64,000 bases of DNA from the NCBI GenBank assembly GCA_032718475.1, contig JAUCBJ010008061.1, positions 1 through 64,000 of the forward strand, written 5' to 3'. The notes below the pieces were generated by a model. It made no database searches. It was not told where the DNA came from and worked only from the letters and a program-made list of their open reading frames with translations. Source of the DNA: Nemertoderma westbladi. Lineage: Eukaryota > Animalia > Xenacoelomorpha. Position 1 is the first letter of the stretch; every line of letters starts with the position of its first letter. The translations under genes were made by a program, and so were the position numbers. Below, in pieces: positions 1 to 13,400 of this stretch.

Positions 1-322
1 AATAAACTAAACACAATAGAACAGGTTACAGTTTTATTTTTGAGAGTAATCAGGTGTTATTTGCGTCCAATGTCCCCTGGAGAGGGATGAGTTTTATTGC
101 TTCTATTTTCCCCTCCTATCTGGAGGTTGGAGAGTGGAAATAGGTAGTTGATCAGAGTTTGTGATTGAAGCCGTGAGATGTAAATCTGGTTATTATAAGT
201 CGGTTTTCCAGGTTACTGTTACTTACTAAGTCGTGCGAACGACATACTAAGTCGTGCGAACAACTTAACTAACGCGTGCGAACGACTGAGTAACTCGTGC
301 GAACGACTTACTAAGTCGTGCG

Positions 323-865
323 TGTGACGGGATCCAAGAAGGATCCCGGTTTATCCGGTTTGTCAATTCACGCGTCCCCGCCGTGTGTGAAAGATAAAGG
401 AGTTTACGTCGTTCGTTGTATATAATGTCCGGGATATGTATAGTATAGATATAGATAATGGATAAGATAAATATTGTTGTACGCGGAAGGCGGGAAACGG
501 TAATTGAAATCCCGGTACTTCCCTAGCTAAACTACTGCTACTGTAACACCAATAACACTGAGATAACTGAATGAGATGATTACTGCCAACTGGTTATATT
601 GCACGGGTTGGCCTTGTTACTGTACCTAACCGATGCCTTTCCCCCCTCTGATTGGCTAATGTCCCTATTGGCGCCCTTTGGAGTGTTTCCGTTCACTCCA
701 CCTGTTGTCCCTCTGTTAGGGGTTTGGCCCCTGACCCTCATTGTGTTTCTCCTTCCCATTTTATTGGGGTGACACGAGTTGGTTGGTTACCCAATCTCGT
801 GGCCCCCAATATTGCTTAACGGTTGACTTTATGGGTTTGTGTTAGCGGAATTGGATAAGCTAACA
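323..865 (-). mobile_element. Solo LTR of the Bel/Pao family
   Basis: TG...CA ends, 5-bp TSD GTGCG (318-322 / 866-870), and clear similarity to the LTRs at 43833-44380 in reverse complement. Confidence 0.93.
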
Positions 866-1137
866 GTGCGAACGACATACTAAGTCGTGCGAACGACTTA
901 CTAACTCGTGCGAACGACTTACTAACTTTACTTTGATTGGCTAAATAATACTGGTAATAAAAGTACAACCTTTTTAGCGGGATTTTCAATTCAATCTACA
1001 GCATTTGTTGATGGCATTATTGGTTGAAAATATTATTATCAATGGCTGAACGCGCTCTGTTAATATCGACGTACTTTAACTTAGGCCTAACATACGGACA
1101 GATTTCATCTGCTTTAAAACTAAATAATGAAATTATC

Positions 1138-1410
1138 CTAAGCTGTGCTTGCGCCATCGATGTAACAGGTCTGTTGCATATTGTCAGTGTGATCTCTACG
1201 GATGAACTTCTGAAAGTCTCGAACGCGAACATTTTCTGTTCCAAAATCCCCACGAACAATCCGCGGATCACCCTTGTTCTCAGTTATCGCTTCCAGGAAG
1301 TAGCCCCCGATAAATTTACTGTCATTGTTGGTGTTATACACGTTCAACCAAATCATTTTCCGGGAATATCCATCAATGCACCCACTGGTTTCATTAGGGA
1401 TGTTACGCAT
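1138..1410 (-). pseudogene. Fragment of IS3EU-type integrase core
   Basis: GCIDGYSRKMIWLNV...NNDSK...RIVRGDFGTEN parallels GAIDGFSRRVLWLNV...NNDPK...LIRVDAGTEN of ORF 32468-33508. Confidence 0.85.
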
Positions 1411-1944
1411 TACTTATTCGAATTAATTTTATTAAGAACGAGCGTAAGCGACTGAGTGAAATATGAAACGAGAGCCTGAAAGTGAAATACGGGTACGTAC
1501 TTTATTTAAATCGAATATTGTGGCGGAGTCACAATATTGTACAATACTCTAAATAGTAGGACCTATCTCACCTCCCCCCAAAACCTGAGATTTCGACTAC
1601 AGCTGTTCGATACAATAGTGAGATGGGAATGTTGCTTAGCAACACAGCAACAACACCTGACACTATAATCAGCTTATCTAACAGCGCTGACCGTAGATAA
1701 TACAGCTATTTACTGAATAAGTTAAAATAAAATTAATATGTTAAAGATATTATAATTTGCTACAATTATGTCGGTTGTATTGTCGGCCTAAGTTAAAGTA
1801 CGTCGATATTAACAGAGCGCGTTCAGCCATTGATAATAATATTTTCAACCAATAATGCCATCAACAAATGCTGTAGATTGAATTGAAAATCCCGCTAAAA
1901 AGGTTGTACTTTTATTACCAGTATTATTTAGCCAATCAAAGTAA

Positions 1945-2160
1945 AGTTAGTAAGTCGTTCGCACGAGTTAGTAAGTCGTTCGCACGACGTTAGTAAGTCG
2001 TTCGCACGACTTAGTAAGTCGTTCGCACGAGTTAGTAAGTCGTTCGCACGACTTAGTAAGTCGTTCGCACGACTTAGTAAGTCGTTCGCACGACTTAGTA
2101 AGTCGTTCGCACGACTTAGTAAGTCGTTCGCACGACATACTAAGTCGTTCGCACGAGTTA
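1945..2160. repeat. 21-bp subterminal tandem array
   Basis: About 10 head-to-tail copies of TTAGTAAGTCGTTCGCACGAC/G, mirrored at 221-322 and 866-925. Confidence 0.9.
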
Positions 2161-2739
2161 GCGGAAAAAAATATTTTTTTTTCTCATGTCCCTTTAGGGG
2201 CTCCGTAGCGGCGTAGGATTTTTCCTTTTTACATTTAACGTGTTTGGTGAATGTCAAAGTGGGCTGGAGTGTAACGCCTAAATACTCATAGTGGTCACAG
2301 ATCTTTATTGGTTTCCCGTCGTATTGAAATTTATCGTAAAGGTTAGAGCTATTTTATTTGGTAATAACATTTAATGGAGGGGTTTTGGGATGGTTTATTG
2401 TCAGCTTTTTTTTTAATCGAATTTAGCATAATGACTTTTGTTGTCCACTCAATGACTTCTATCTAATATATATGTATGTACCGGTAGTTCTTCTAACTGT
2501 CAGACATATGATTCATGGACTGCTAGACAGTTGATTTCACCGTGCCTGAGGCAAAACATTGATTTCTGGACTATCAGATGTTTTATTTTACAATGATTGT
2601 GGCAAAACATTCCAATTGTTGATATCTTGACAATAAGCTCTATTTAGATTTCCCTATGCCTGTGGTGAAAAAAAACTCTAAATTTGATAATTTCTGCTGT
2701 CAGATAGTCGATTTCCATATGACTGGAGTAAAACACTCC

Positions 2740-4850
2740 TTTTCTAACCAAAAACAATTACCAATTGAGGGAAATGAGCAGGTGACAGAGATAGGCTTTT
2801 CTAATCTAAACAATAAATTATCACTTCAGCCATTGATGGAAAGGACCAAGTTACAGAAGGGCATTTCTAACCAAAATATTAAACGATCATTTACCAAAGG
2901 AGAGAAGGGAACAGATTACACATGCGGACTTTTCTTACCAAAACAATAAATGATAAATGTACCAATTGAGGGAAATGAGCAGGTTACAGAGGCAGGTTTT
3001 TCGGTTTTTTTTTAACCAAAACAATAAAAGATCACTTAAGGGGAGATGGTACCCCAGAACTTTTCAAAAATTTAAAAATTTTCGAAATTTTTATTTTATT
3101 AATTCTAAATCAGAATTTAACGCAGATTTCGGAATTCGAAATCCTAACATCACATCATAAGCTTAAGTTGTCTGTTTTTCTGTTTGTCTGTCTATTGGTC
3201 TGTTTTTCTGTTTGTCAACAAATTATGGATATAAAAAATGTACACCACCTAACTAAAATTATTGCTACATGGGTTTTCGTGGTCGCGGATTTCATTTTCG
3301 GGGTCAGTTTTCAATTTTGACGTAATCTAGTTTGTTTGTCCGTTTGTCCGTCTGTCGGTCTGTCGTCAAAAACATAACGAATATAAAAAATAAATAAACA
3401 GGTAAGCAATAGAGTCTTACACCCTACAAAACAATAAAAAAAACATAGAATCAGGACATTACGCTCATTTATATATATTTTATATATATTTTATATATAT
3501 ATATATTACATATTTTATATATATATAACAAGCCCCTGTTAGTCAGGATGTAGCGTACGACCTTTAATTAAAAACATAACGAATCACACTACGTAACTAA
3601 AATTTTCACTATGGGGTTTTTAAGGTCGGTGATTTCATTTCTGGTGTTATCTTTCCTGTTTGGAGGACTCTATTATGCCTGTTATTTGTCTGCCAGTCGA
3701 TCTGTCTGTCAAGAAAGACATACAGACAGACTTAAACAGACAGTCTAGGTCATTTAATTATTAAAAATGACATGGGAAATGAAATCAGCGACTAGGAAAT
3801 CCCCCATATCAGAAATTATAGTAAAGTGATGTGTTTACTTATATTTTATCAGTCAGACAGACAGACAGACAGATAGACATACAGACAGTCCAGATGTTAT
3901 CAAACATTAAAACATGTATTAGAAATGAAATCAGCGACTAGGAAAACCCCCATATCTGAAATTTCATTCAGGTGATATGCCTCCTTATATTTTGACAGAC
4001 AGACAGACATAAAAACAGACAAACAGACATTCTAGGTTCAGTCAAATATTAAAATTGACATCGGAAATGGAATCAGCGACTAGGAAAACCCACCATATCA
4101 CAAATTATAGTAAAGGGTGTGCTTACTTATTTAATGTCTGTAAGATTGATAGTCAGACAGACAGACATACAGATTGACAGACAAACAGACAGTCCAGATG
4201 TCATCAAACATTAAAACAGAAATCAGAAATGAATTCAGCGACTACGAAAACCCCTAAATCGTAAATTTTGGTTCGCTGGAGTAGTTTATTATATTTTGGC
4301 TTATTTTTGAAATTTCTTGCGTTTTACGTAAAATTAGCGGGGAGGTTTGAAAATTAAAATGCGTTTTTCTCAGCATCTTGTATTTCGTGAAATTTAGAAA
4401 TAAATGTAACTTTTGCTTGAGAACGGCTTGATGGAATTGGTTGAAATTTTCGCAGCAGGTTTGTTGTAGTGAGACACAATTGTGGAACCTCTAAAAACAT
4501 ATGTTTAAAACAATTATCAAATGTATTTCTAATATAAACTTCGAAAATGTGTCATTTGTTGGTTTTGGGTGCAATTAAGTGACCCTCAAACATAGACACA
4601 AACAAAAATTTCAAATTTTTTTAGGTTCAAGGTGTGTCTCGATAGTTACTGCGCCATTCTGGAAATTTTCATGAAATTCCATATGGTAGAACGAGTGTAA
4701 TGGGTACATATGTGTTAATAGTAAAATGTATGGAGATAGCCTGGGGTACCAGCTCCCCTTAACAATTAAGGGAAAGGAGCAGGTTACAGAGGCGGATCTT
4801 TATAACCAAAACAATAAACGATCACTTTACCAATTAAGGGAAAAGAGCAC
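2740..4850. repeat. Degenerate ~65-bp tandem repeat interrupted by the TTAA element
   Basis: Recurrent AACCAAAACAATAAA..ATCA..ACCAATT.AGGGAAA.GAGCAGGTTACAGAGG units at 2740-3035 and 4763-4850. Confidence 0.6.
3040..4758. mobile_element. Non-autonomous TTAA-specific DNA transposon, Kolobok-like (RR termini)
   Basis: TTAA at 3036-39 and 4759-62. TIRs GGGAGATGGTACCCCAG / CTGGGGTACCAGCTCCCC. Internal ~150-bp repeats (GAAATCAGCGACTAGGAAAACCCC) occur in both orientations. No ORF. Confidence 0.7.
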
Positions 4851-5282
4851 GGCGGCAGTATTTCATTTATATTTCTCTATATATCCATTCATGGGACACC
4901 TTTATTAGGACACCCTTATTGGACACCTTTATTGGGACACCATCTTTGCTTTATTATCTTACAATTATTGTGCTGTATTTTGTATTCTATTATATTCTCC
5001 ATCTGTTCAATGTTATTTCCTATATTGTATGTATAAACTGCACTCACCATTTATTGGTTATGTATTAAATTAAAGTTACAATTTCACAATTACATGAAAT
5101 TATATGTGTGTCTATTTACTACTCTGTAATTTTGACCCTCAAGTTTGCTAATCAATTTCTAACACGAAGCAACATGTTATTGCAACTTTTTGCTGGACTG
5201 ACTCCTCATACGTTATTGCAAAAACAAGTAAGGGGGGGGGGGGGGGAATCTACAAAAATTTATTCACAATAATATATAGAAC

Positions 5283-5340
5283 CATGGCCTACTACTGTAT
5301 ATTTATAAATACAGGTACTATATAAATATAGTAGGCCATG
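5283..5340. mobile_element. Tiny MITE-like remnant
   Basis: 12-bp TIR CATGGCCTACTA / TAGTAGGCCATG flanked by the direct repeat ATAGAAC. Confidence 0.4.
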
Positions 5341-5972
5341 ATAGAACCAACTTGGACAACTAAAGAGTAAAATTATGAAATAATTGTGTCTTTGGAAACA
5401 TTGAAGTCTGTTTACGCATCCCATATATTACACAAATCCCGACGTTTGTGATGTTTGCGAAAATCGCAACGTTTGCGAATTTCGCTAAAACCGCAGCGCT
5501 TGCAAAATTTGCGAAGCCATTATAATACATAAAGAAAAAATCCCCGACGTTTGCGAAATTTGCAATAAATTGGCCTTTGCCGATTGGCTGGCTGTCAGAA
5601 TGTTGCTCGTACAGTAGATCAGCAGTGAGCTGCACTGATCTCTCAATGGGATGTGAGAGGAAAGGAGCCAATACAATGGGCCAATTGTATTGGCTCCTTT
5701 CCTCTCTATTTTATGCCCTTATAAGGCTATAAGAAGTTGTTTTTTACCCAAGAAGATGCACATACCAAAAGCAGCAATATTTTTACTGGCAGTTCCAAAT
5801 TTTTCACAGATATTTTATTATGGTAGTCAACATTTCTAAATTAACAAATTCAAAATGACATCTTTAAATTCTTCCAAATTTGAGAGTGATTTCAACACAA
5901 ACAAACATAAATGACCACAAATAACTGAAATTACTACTTTGTACATTATCAGTATTTTTGTTGACATAACCC

Positions 5973-8900
5973 TTGTAATAAATTACTGATTATTAGTTAG
6001 TTGAGTTAGTTGATTCCCTTACAGTTGTGAGACCGGAATAGTTTTTGACCGTCGTCGTTATTAGATCATTACTACTGTATATCGTTGTTACTGTTACTGT
6101 GCACTGCATATCATCATATTCAGACTGTGCTATTATCAACTGCTGTGATTATCAACACTGACAATTTAACTCTTTATTTCCAATGGCCTTCGGCCTAAGA
6201 TATCCAGCAATCAGCCAGCAGCTTACGAACGCGACGACGCGTACAACCTACACTGGTCGGGAGCTGATACTGTCAACTCCAGTCGACGGGCCCGACGAGT
6301 GAACCACACCCAACAGCAAAGGAGTCTGTACTCCTACCATCCAGCGCGCTGGAAGTACAAGCGATGGGAATGGCAACACTCATCGACGCGCTGAAGACTA
6401 GGATCGAGCTGCCACCAGTGGAGCCCTTCAAGTTCAAAGGTAATAAGCTGGAGGAATATCTGCAATTCCGGCTTATGTACAGCAATGAAATCTTAACGAC
6501 GAACCTGAAGCAGGCGGAGTGCCTTAAATACTTACAAGTCTACACAGGGGGGCCAGCATACGACATCGTGAGACAATACCAAGGTATTGAAGGAAGATTC
6601 ACGACTGGATGGCGAGCCTTGGACAGGGAATTCGGACATCCTGCGAAGATTATCCTACAAACCTTAAGGGGAATAACATCAGGCGGACTACAGGACGACC
6701 CTGTCAGCATCAAAACCTTCGCCAACAAAGTAGAAAAGGCGCTAATAGTATTAAAGACCCTGGATGCACCTTACGAACTCAATGCATCAAGCAACATCAT
6801 TGCAATAACGCAGGCACTACCGATCTGGCTGAGAAACAAGTGGAGAAAGATCGCTTTCTCCACCCGGGAGAAGAAAAGTGCGGAGCCAGGGCTGGAGGAG
6901 ATGTTGAACTTCCTTAACTATGAAGCGGAATTAATCACAGACCCAATATATAGTGAGGAGAGTCTCGGTAAGGTACTGAAAGCGGAATGCAGCCGGCCTA
7001 AACCCAAACATAGCCCGGCGGGCGCATTTCCGAGAGTGAGGCAATCGTTGCCGTATGCAACCGTCGTGGGGACTTGTAGTCCACAGCACAGCCGTGGTGA
7101 CTATGGAGGAAACAACACCACTGACACGGGTTTGCCCAACCAAAACAACAAACCATCCGACTCGGATCTGGACGAAATACGCAAGACGCTATACAGAGAG
7201 CGTTATAGTCCATACTATAGGTGTCAAATACATAGAAAGTATGTGCATATGTGGGAAACGATGCATAAGACCATAGATTGTGACCAGTGGCAGGCACTGC
7301 TGAAAGAAGATCGATTAGCCTATACAGGGAGATTTGGGTTATGCCACAGATGCGCGGTGGGAGGACATACAAAGGATAGGTTTCGAGAGAACCCACCAAA
7401 GTACACTGAGAGTGATGGAACTGAAGGCCACATGATGGCGACGAGCACCGTGGGAGCAAGGAGAATAGTAGGAGAGGATGGGCTATCGGTCATGACACTA
7501 ATGTTGGTCGATTGCGGAGCAGGGTGGCCAAAAAGATAGGGTTACGGACGAGGCCTAGTAAAATTGTGGTAACCACTATTTCCAGTAAGGACGAGGTCAT
7601 GAGAATGAGGACGGGACGATGCGAGATAGCAGCGATAACACCAGGGTGCGATTATGGGGCTACCATCGAACCCATTCAGATAATAGAGTCAAGCAATATT
7701 AACGCCAGGTGGCTCACAAAGATCGAGGTCGAGCAATACCAGTACCTGGATAATATTGATTTCTCCGTGCCCGAACTGTACATCCCGAAAGTATCTCTTA
7801 TAGTCGGCATGGATTGTCCGACAGCCCACGAGAGACTACAAACCATTTTCGGCGATGACAGAGAGCGAGACCCGGTGGCTATTCTCACGCCATTCGGATG
7901 GACGCTCAGTGGCCCAATAAAGACAAGGATTCCGTTTAGCGTGTTCGAATCTTCAGGATGCATGCTATCCTGTACCGTTGAGGAGAAGTCAAAGACGGGT
8001 GATGGGGAGATCCCATGTGAGGAGCGGCCCGGGGAAGGATATAAGGAGTCTGGGATGGGTATGGATCTGGAACCACGCATAGTGGAGCATGGTGAAAGGG
8101 TGGAGGATAAGCCCAGAGATATACCGCCGATAGATGAGTCAGGAGGAGAAGCAACAGCAAGAGAGTGGGCGGAGGAGAATGGGTTCGACACAGAGGATCT
8201 AGAGGCGATGGGATGGAACACAGATGTTCCTGGCGAGTATCGGTATGAGGATGGACAAGAGTGGACGGTGAGATATCCGGAGAGATCAAAAGTCTGGAAC
8301 AGACGCCGGTCCAGTTGAGAAGTATACCGATGGGGAGGAGGTCGAATAGGAGGACAGGGTGGAAGGGGAGAGGATGTGGGAGGATTAGACCAAGGGCGGA
8401 GAAGCCGATGATGAAGCATGACAAAGGAAGCAGGGAAGTTGGAGGAGACGTGTTGTACATGCACATGAGGTTGGCACAGTGCGAGGGTGCATTAAATGGT
8501 AAGCCATTATGCATACCGAAGGATGACCGGGGGTCATCGGGGGCTTTAACGCTGGCGCACATATTGAGGGGGAGGCCAGCAGAGGTGGCATGTACCAGTG
8601 AGGATGAGATAAAGGGCGGCATTCTACCGCCAAGTGACGACAAGATGAAGGGTGGCATTTTGCCGCCAAGGGACAATGATGAGGAGATCTGTGAGGTGGC
8701 GGAAAGACCCGATTTAAGGATGGAGGAGAAGGGAAGGTCAGATCCAACAGAGTTTGGTACGATGTACAAACGTACATAATTTAAGCACTAATGCCGGGTC
8801 AATGGGACCATACACACGTAGTAACACTGGGTCAATGGGACCATATGCCGGGTCAATGGGACTAATCGACTAGAACAGCAGGACGAGACTTTGGACGGAT

Positions 8901-10016
8901 CTCACTGACATGATGTACACATATATAGGGTCGAATGAGAATGAGAGTATGAGGGGGAATGAGAGTGAAGAGGTATGTGAAGAAGTGAAGAAGTGTGCGA
9001 GGAAGTGAAAGAAGTGCGAGATTCGAGTGTGGGGAGCGAGCATGGAGGGGGATGAGTCCCAAGGGACTGGCGAGAGAGGAAGGGACGATAAAGTCCGTGA
9101 GAAAATTGTGTGAGGAGTGAGGGCAATCATCTAAAAAACAGAGACACCAGATACCTTGGTACAGCTTAGCACGCAGATGTACCAAGGATGGGTAGTGATA
9201 ACAGACCCATGAGGGCTGGCCTGGAAAGCCGACCCCGAGAAAAAAAATCCACCCCACATCCAATAGTAGATTGGATTCCAGCGGAATTGAAGCGCATTTG
9301 AGGTTGATGCTATCTTCTCACTGGGAAGATAGCATGGGGGGAGTGTAAGCGGATTCAATTCCGTGCATTACCCACCGAAAATGGGACTAGTGGCATTTTA
9401 CCAATATAGTTGGCGATGTGAGATTACCAATAATAATCTCACCTCATAACCAACTGGGGGGGGGGGGGGGATACACGCTGTAAGCCACAGAGAGAGGTGA
9501 AAGGTCAAACCACCTCAGAGGGAGAAACCAGCTAGTGAGGCTAGCACCGGGGGGTAACACCTACAGGGAGTGGCGAAGTGACAATTAGTATGTAAGCCAA
9601 TAGCGGGCAGGAGAGCACGTTGGGGAGGACAAGAGCGCATCCATTGGGTATTAGAGACCGCCCAGTAGTGTAGGGCTAAAACCAATATATGTCAGTGATA
9701 TAACTGTTGTAATCACTGATTATTAGTTAGTTGATTTAGTTGATTCCCTTACGGTTGTGAGACCGGAATAGTTTTTGACCGTGGTCTTTATTAGATCATT
9801 ACTATATTGTTGTTACTGTTATTGTGCACTGCATATCATCATATTCAGACTGTGCTATTATCAACTGCTGTGATTATCAACACTGACAATTTAACTATTT
9901 ATTTCCAATGGCCTTCGGCCTAAAATATCCAGCACTCAGCCAGCAGCTTACGAACGCGACGACGCGTACAACCTACACTGGGAGCTGATACTGTCAACTC
10001 CATCAGTCCCGTCCCA
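5973..10016 (+). mobile_element. Non-autonomous Bel/Pao element D (partial 5' LTR, gag capsid + protease, no RT/IN, 3' LTR ~9344-10016)
   Basis: 5973-6281 repeats ~9708-10002. PPT GGGGGGAG lies before TGTAAGC at 9344. The ORFs are homologous to 47520-51269. Confidence 0.85.
6364..8779 (+). pseudogene. Bel/Pao gag capsid, zinc knuckle and aspartic protease, frameshifted, plus a non-pol tail
   Basis: IELPPVEPFKF capsid region, CHRCAVGGH, LVDCGAG, DPVAILTPFGW across three ORF pieces (6364-7539, 7512-8318, 8261-8779). Confidence 0.85.
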
Positions 10017-11365
10017 ATCTTTACCAATGTATTTTATCACTTCAAGTGGAGGTTCAAGAGTACAGTCGAGAGTAAAGCTACCAAAGTAACAATTCACAAA
10101 TTGTGCCTTCCATTAACACGCCCAGTGGGTCTCACTGCCAGAACCTTCGTTGGGCGCATGTTAGAAAATTCGCCAAAGACGTCCAGGTGGACGTCTTTGG
10201 CCGAACGAATTCAGTTTTCCTGGATTTCCTAGGTAATGCATCCCTCATGAATAATCCTCTAAAAATTCGGGTAAAACTGAGTGATATGAAGAAGAATTAA
10301 CTCTATGATATAGTTCACAAGATAAACTACAATGAATTAGCTCTAAATGAGTGTAGTATCACAATAGAATCTATCAAATTACCAAAGGGATTTATTTGGT
10401 AGACTAGATCTGCTGAAAAACCATGTTGGAAACAAAAGGTCAGTTGTAGGAATAAAATATACAGACGCAATTTGTTTAGCTCGATTAGTTATTCTTAGAT
10501 AATCGCCTTTAAAGATCAAACCTTCCCGCCTAAATCTACCTGTATGGGGTCCTTGGTTGGTTAATAGCGTGTGACATGAAGGAAGCACACCACCGAGCTA
10601 AAATTAGATTTATTGGGGGTTTTCGGGGTCGCTAATTTCATTTCCTATGCCTGTTTTAATATTCGGTGGAATGTACTGTAGTCAGTGTAGTTGTCTGTTT
10701 ATTGGTTGTCTGTCTCCTTTTGATCTAACGCGATTAGATCTAACTGACATGACATGTCGAATCTACTTCCATCACAAATCATATGATTTTCATACATAGG
10801 ATTTTAGATGATGTGGATGATTTTACGCTTATAATACTGTACTGTGGATGGCCATTCTTTACAGTATATATTTTGCTACTCCTCTCTACAGATGATAACA
10901 AGTCCTCCGGATTAACCTCAGGGCCGATACCATCTGAGCTAACTTTCTTGGCTAATATTATCCCCCTCATATCATCTATATGGTCCTGTGTACCTGTACA
11001 CTACATCAAATTTAATAAAAACAATTGTTTCAATTAAAATAACCTCGCAGCAACTTTTCATGCCCATTCATCCACCAGTTCCCTCTGTCCAAATCGAGTT
11101 AAATAATTAAATTGTTCATTACAGTAATAATATTGTCTTTTAGATGAAATTTTCGATTTGTCAACTTTATCGGTTTTCATTGACTCACCTACTGTAGTAT
11201 CACCACATTATTACAAGTGCAAACCTCTTGAAAACCCTCAGCGAGTAAAACCCGAATAAATCACCAGGCCCTGACCAAATATCAGACATGGAGGTTCACT
11301 AAACTAGCAACCGTTAACGCAGCCCCTGTCCAAATAATCCTTCAAAGCATTTGACAATGGAATTA

Positions 11366-13400
11366 GGGTATAACTTTTCGCCGTATCCGTATCCGTATTC
11401 GTATGCATTTGCCGTATGTACATACGCATATGTGCCGTATGTAATGGATTCCTATGGAGAATAATCCGTATGTGATTTTATAGATTAGGCATTGCGGACC
11501 AGTAAGAAGTGCACATCACACATGCAGACTGAAGACAGGTGGGCCTACTTAAAGCTAAGTGATTTTAAGAGTGTTTAAGAGTATTTCTACCTTTTGTCAA
11601 ATAACAATGCAGGACAGGTCCAGGATGAGTGACAGCCGCCAGCCCCACGATGCGCCATCAGTGCAGTACCTATTAACCATAACTCTTCTTGATGCCGCTT
11701 GGAACTCTAACCAACCGTGATTTATTTTTGAACTGTTTTTTTCCACCAACCTGGCTATAGAATGTTGTTGGTTGCTACAGTATATGGCACTAACATTAAC
11801 ATAGTATAGACTGATAGAAGCAGCAATGAGAATGCTAAGGGAATAAACATTCGCACAGATATTGAAAGCCGTCGTGCCAGTCTGTCCTTCTTTGTGAATT
11901 TATTAACATATAATATACCTTTACTTTCGCTGTTTCGGGGCCAGTAACCATAGGCAACCAAGTGCCAACATATCCAACCTAGTGCCAGTTAGTCAAACCA
12001 CGTGTCAGCGAATGCAACCGGGTGCCAGTAATTAATCTAAGTCCAACCAGGCGGCCAGGTGTCAGTTAGTACAATAAAACAAGCGCTGTGGCGCATCCCG
12101 GGGCTGAAGGACATCATCTGTCACTCATCCTGGACCTACAATGTTTATTTGCCATTCGCTTTTAAGTAGGCCTACCTGCCCAGTTAAAAATGGTAAAATG
12201 TATCATATGTGAATTACATGGTGTCATATTGAAATAGCTACGTCAATATCCTGCCGACACATTACGTTTTGCGTCCATTCCGATAGTAGAGTACCTAAAA
12301 TGAGATTACCATAATTAAAGCTATGCCAATGTCGTTTTTACAATTGTTTGATAATTCAAATTATTTACAACATAAGCCTATCAACAAAGCATTTCGCAAT
12401 TAGAATACTTTTCATATTGATATATTTTCTTTTGATGATGATATATTTTCTAAACTCAATCAAAGGAAAAAATAATGTAACCCTCTCAAGGGATAAATTT
12501 AAGCAAAAAACATTATATCCTGTATTTTAACATTTTATACTGTGAACATAAATAAAAAATGAAACGATCAAAAATTCAACTAGCGCAAAACACCAACCAC
12601 CCCCCTTCTCCCCACACCCCTCCCTCCACCACCCCCGACTTAAATTGCAAAAAACTTAAATTATAGAATAGATGTATGGTTTATAATTATATATTAAACA
12701 GTTCTACAATGTACTATTTTTAGTAAATTCATACTTATGAATTATCTAATATAGTTGAAAAGAAGATCAATTATATCGATTTTAATATTCGAAATAATAT
12801 TTTTTGATCGTCGCTGAAAGTTATATAGGATACTCCTCAGTCTTAATGAATTATATATTTTCATATGTACTCAAGCGATTAGTAGATCTCAGTATATATA
12901 GAGTATAGTAAGTGTAGGGCCGTAGGGTGTAGACATAGACATAAGATAAGGTAGGCTAACCCCCACCCCCTCTCTCTCAATCACATCATGCACTAGGAAC
13001 GCCCTGTGATTGGATAGACTGTCTCAGCGTACATTGTTTGCTGGGATGCACAGCACATGCATATATGCAACCACTATGTTTATATTTTTTGGAGCATATA
13101 CTGTATGCTTAGACATATGCACTGCATATGGGTCTGGATGGACTGTTTCATTTCGATGTATGCCACATTTGTGTAAAATATTTATGCAGCCACATATGAT
13201 GCACATAGTTGTTTTTCACTGGGTGTCTTCAGTCTGCATGTGTGCTGTGCACTTCTTAATGGTCCGCAATGCCTAATCTTTAAAATCACATACGGATTAT
13301 TCTCCATAGGAATCCATTACATACCGGTACGCACATACGCGTATGTGCATACGGATACGGCAAATGCATACGGATACGGATACGGCGAAAAGTTATACCC
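11366..13400. mobile_element. Non-autonomous Mutator-like (MULE) element
   Basis: ~175-bp TIRs beginning GGGTATAACTTTTCGCCG and a perfect 9-bp TSD ATGGAATTA (11357-65 / 13401-09). Confidence 0.88.
11616..12137. mobile_element. MITE nested in the MULE
   Basis: Perfect 20-bp TIR AGGTCCAGGATGAGTGACAG / CTGTCACTCATCCTGGACCT. TSD is unclear (possibly AC). Confidence 0.65.

Larger units (their letters stand above)
221..2207 (-). mobile_element. Internally deleted IS3EU-like DDE DNA transposon (left tip missing)
   Basis: Long inverted arms (~221-1087 excluding the inserted LTR vs 1785-2160) built partly of 21-bp repeats TTAGTAAGTCGTTCGCACGAC. Right end is ...GGGGCTCCGTA (CCRTA). An internal integrase fragment resembles ORF 32468-33508. 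Confidence 0.7.

Noticed and set aside
1945-2160. CRISPR-like array
   Set aside because: The repeats are head-to-tail without unique spacers, mirrored in the opposite TIR, with no cas genes and a eukaryotic context.
1928-2257. ORFs with repeated peptides (also 18721-18987, 23446-23925, 33691-34077, 40256-41193)
   Set aside because: They are translations of tandem DNA repeats.
7676-8769. Long antisense ORFs over Bel/Pao coding regions (also 45426-46082, 49190-49840, 52069-52788)
   Set aside because: These are shadows of purine-rich sense ORFs, with no motifs of their own.
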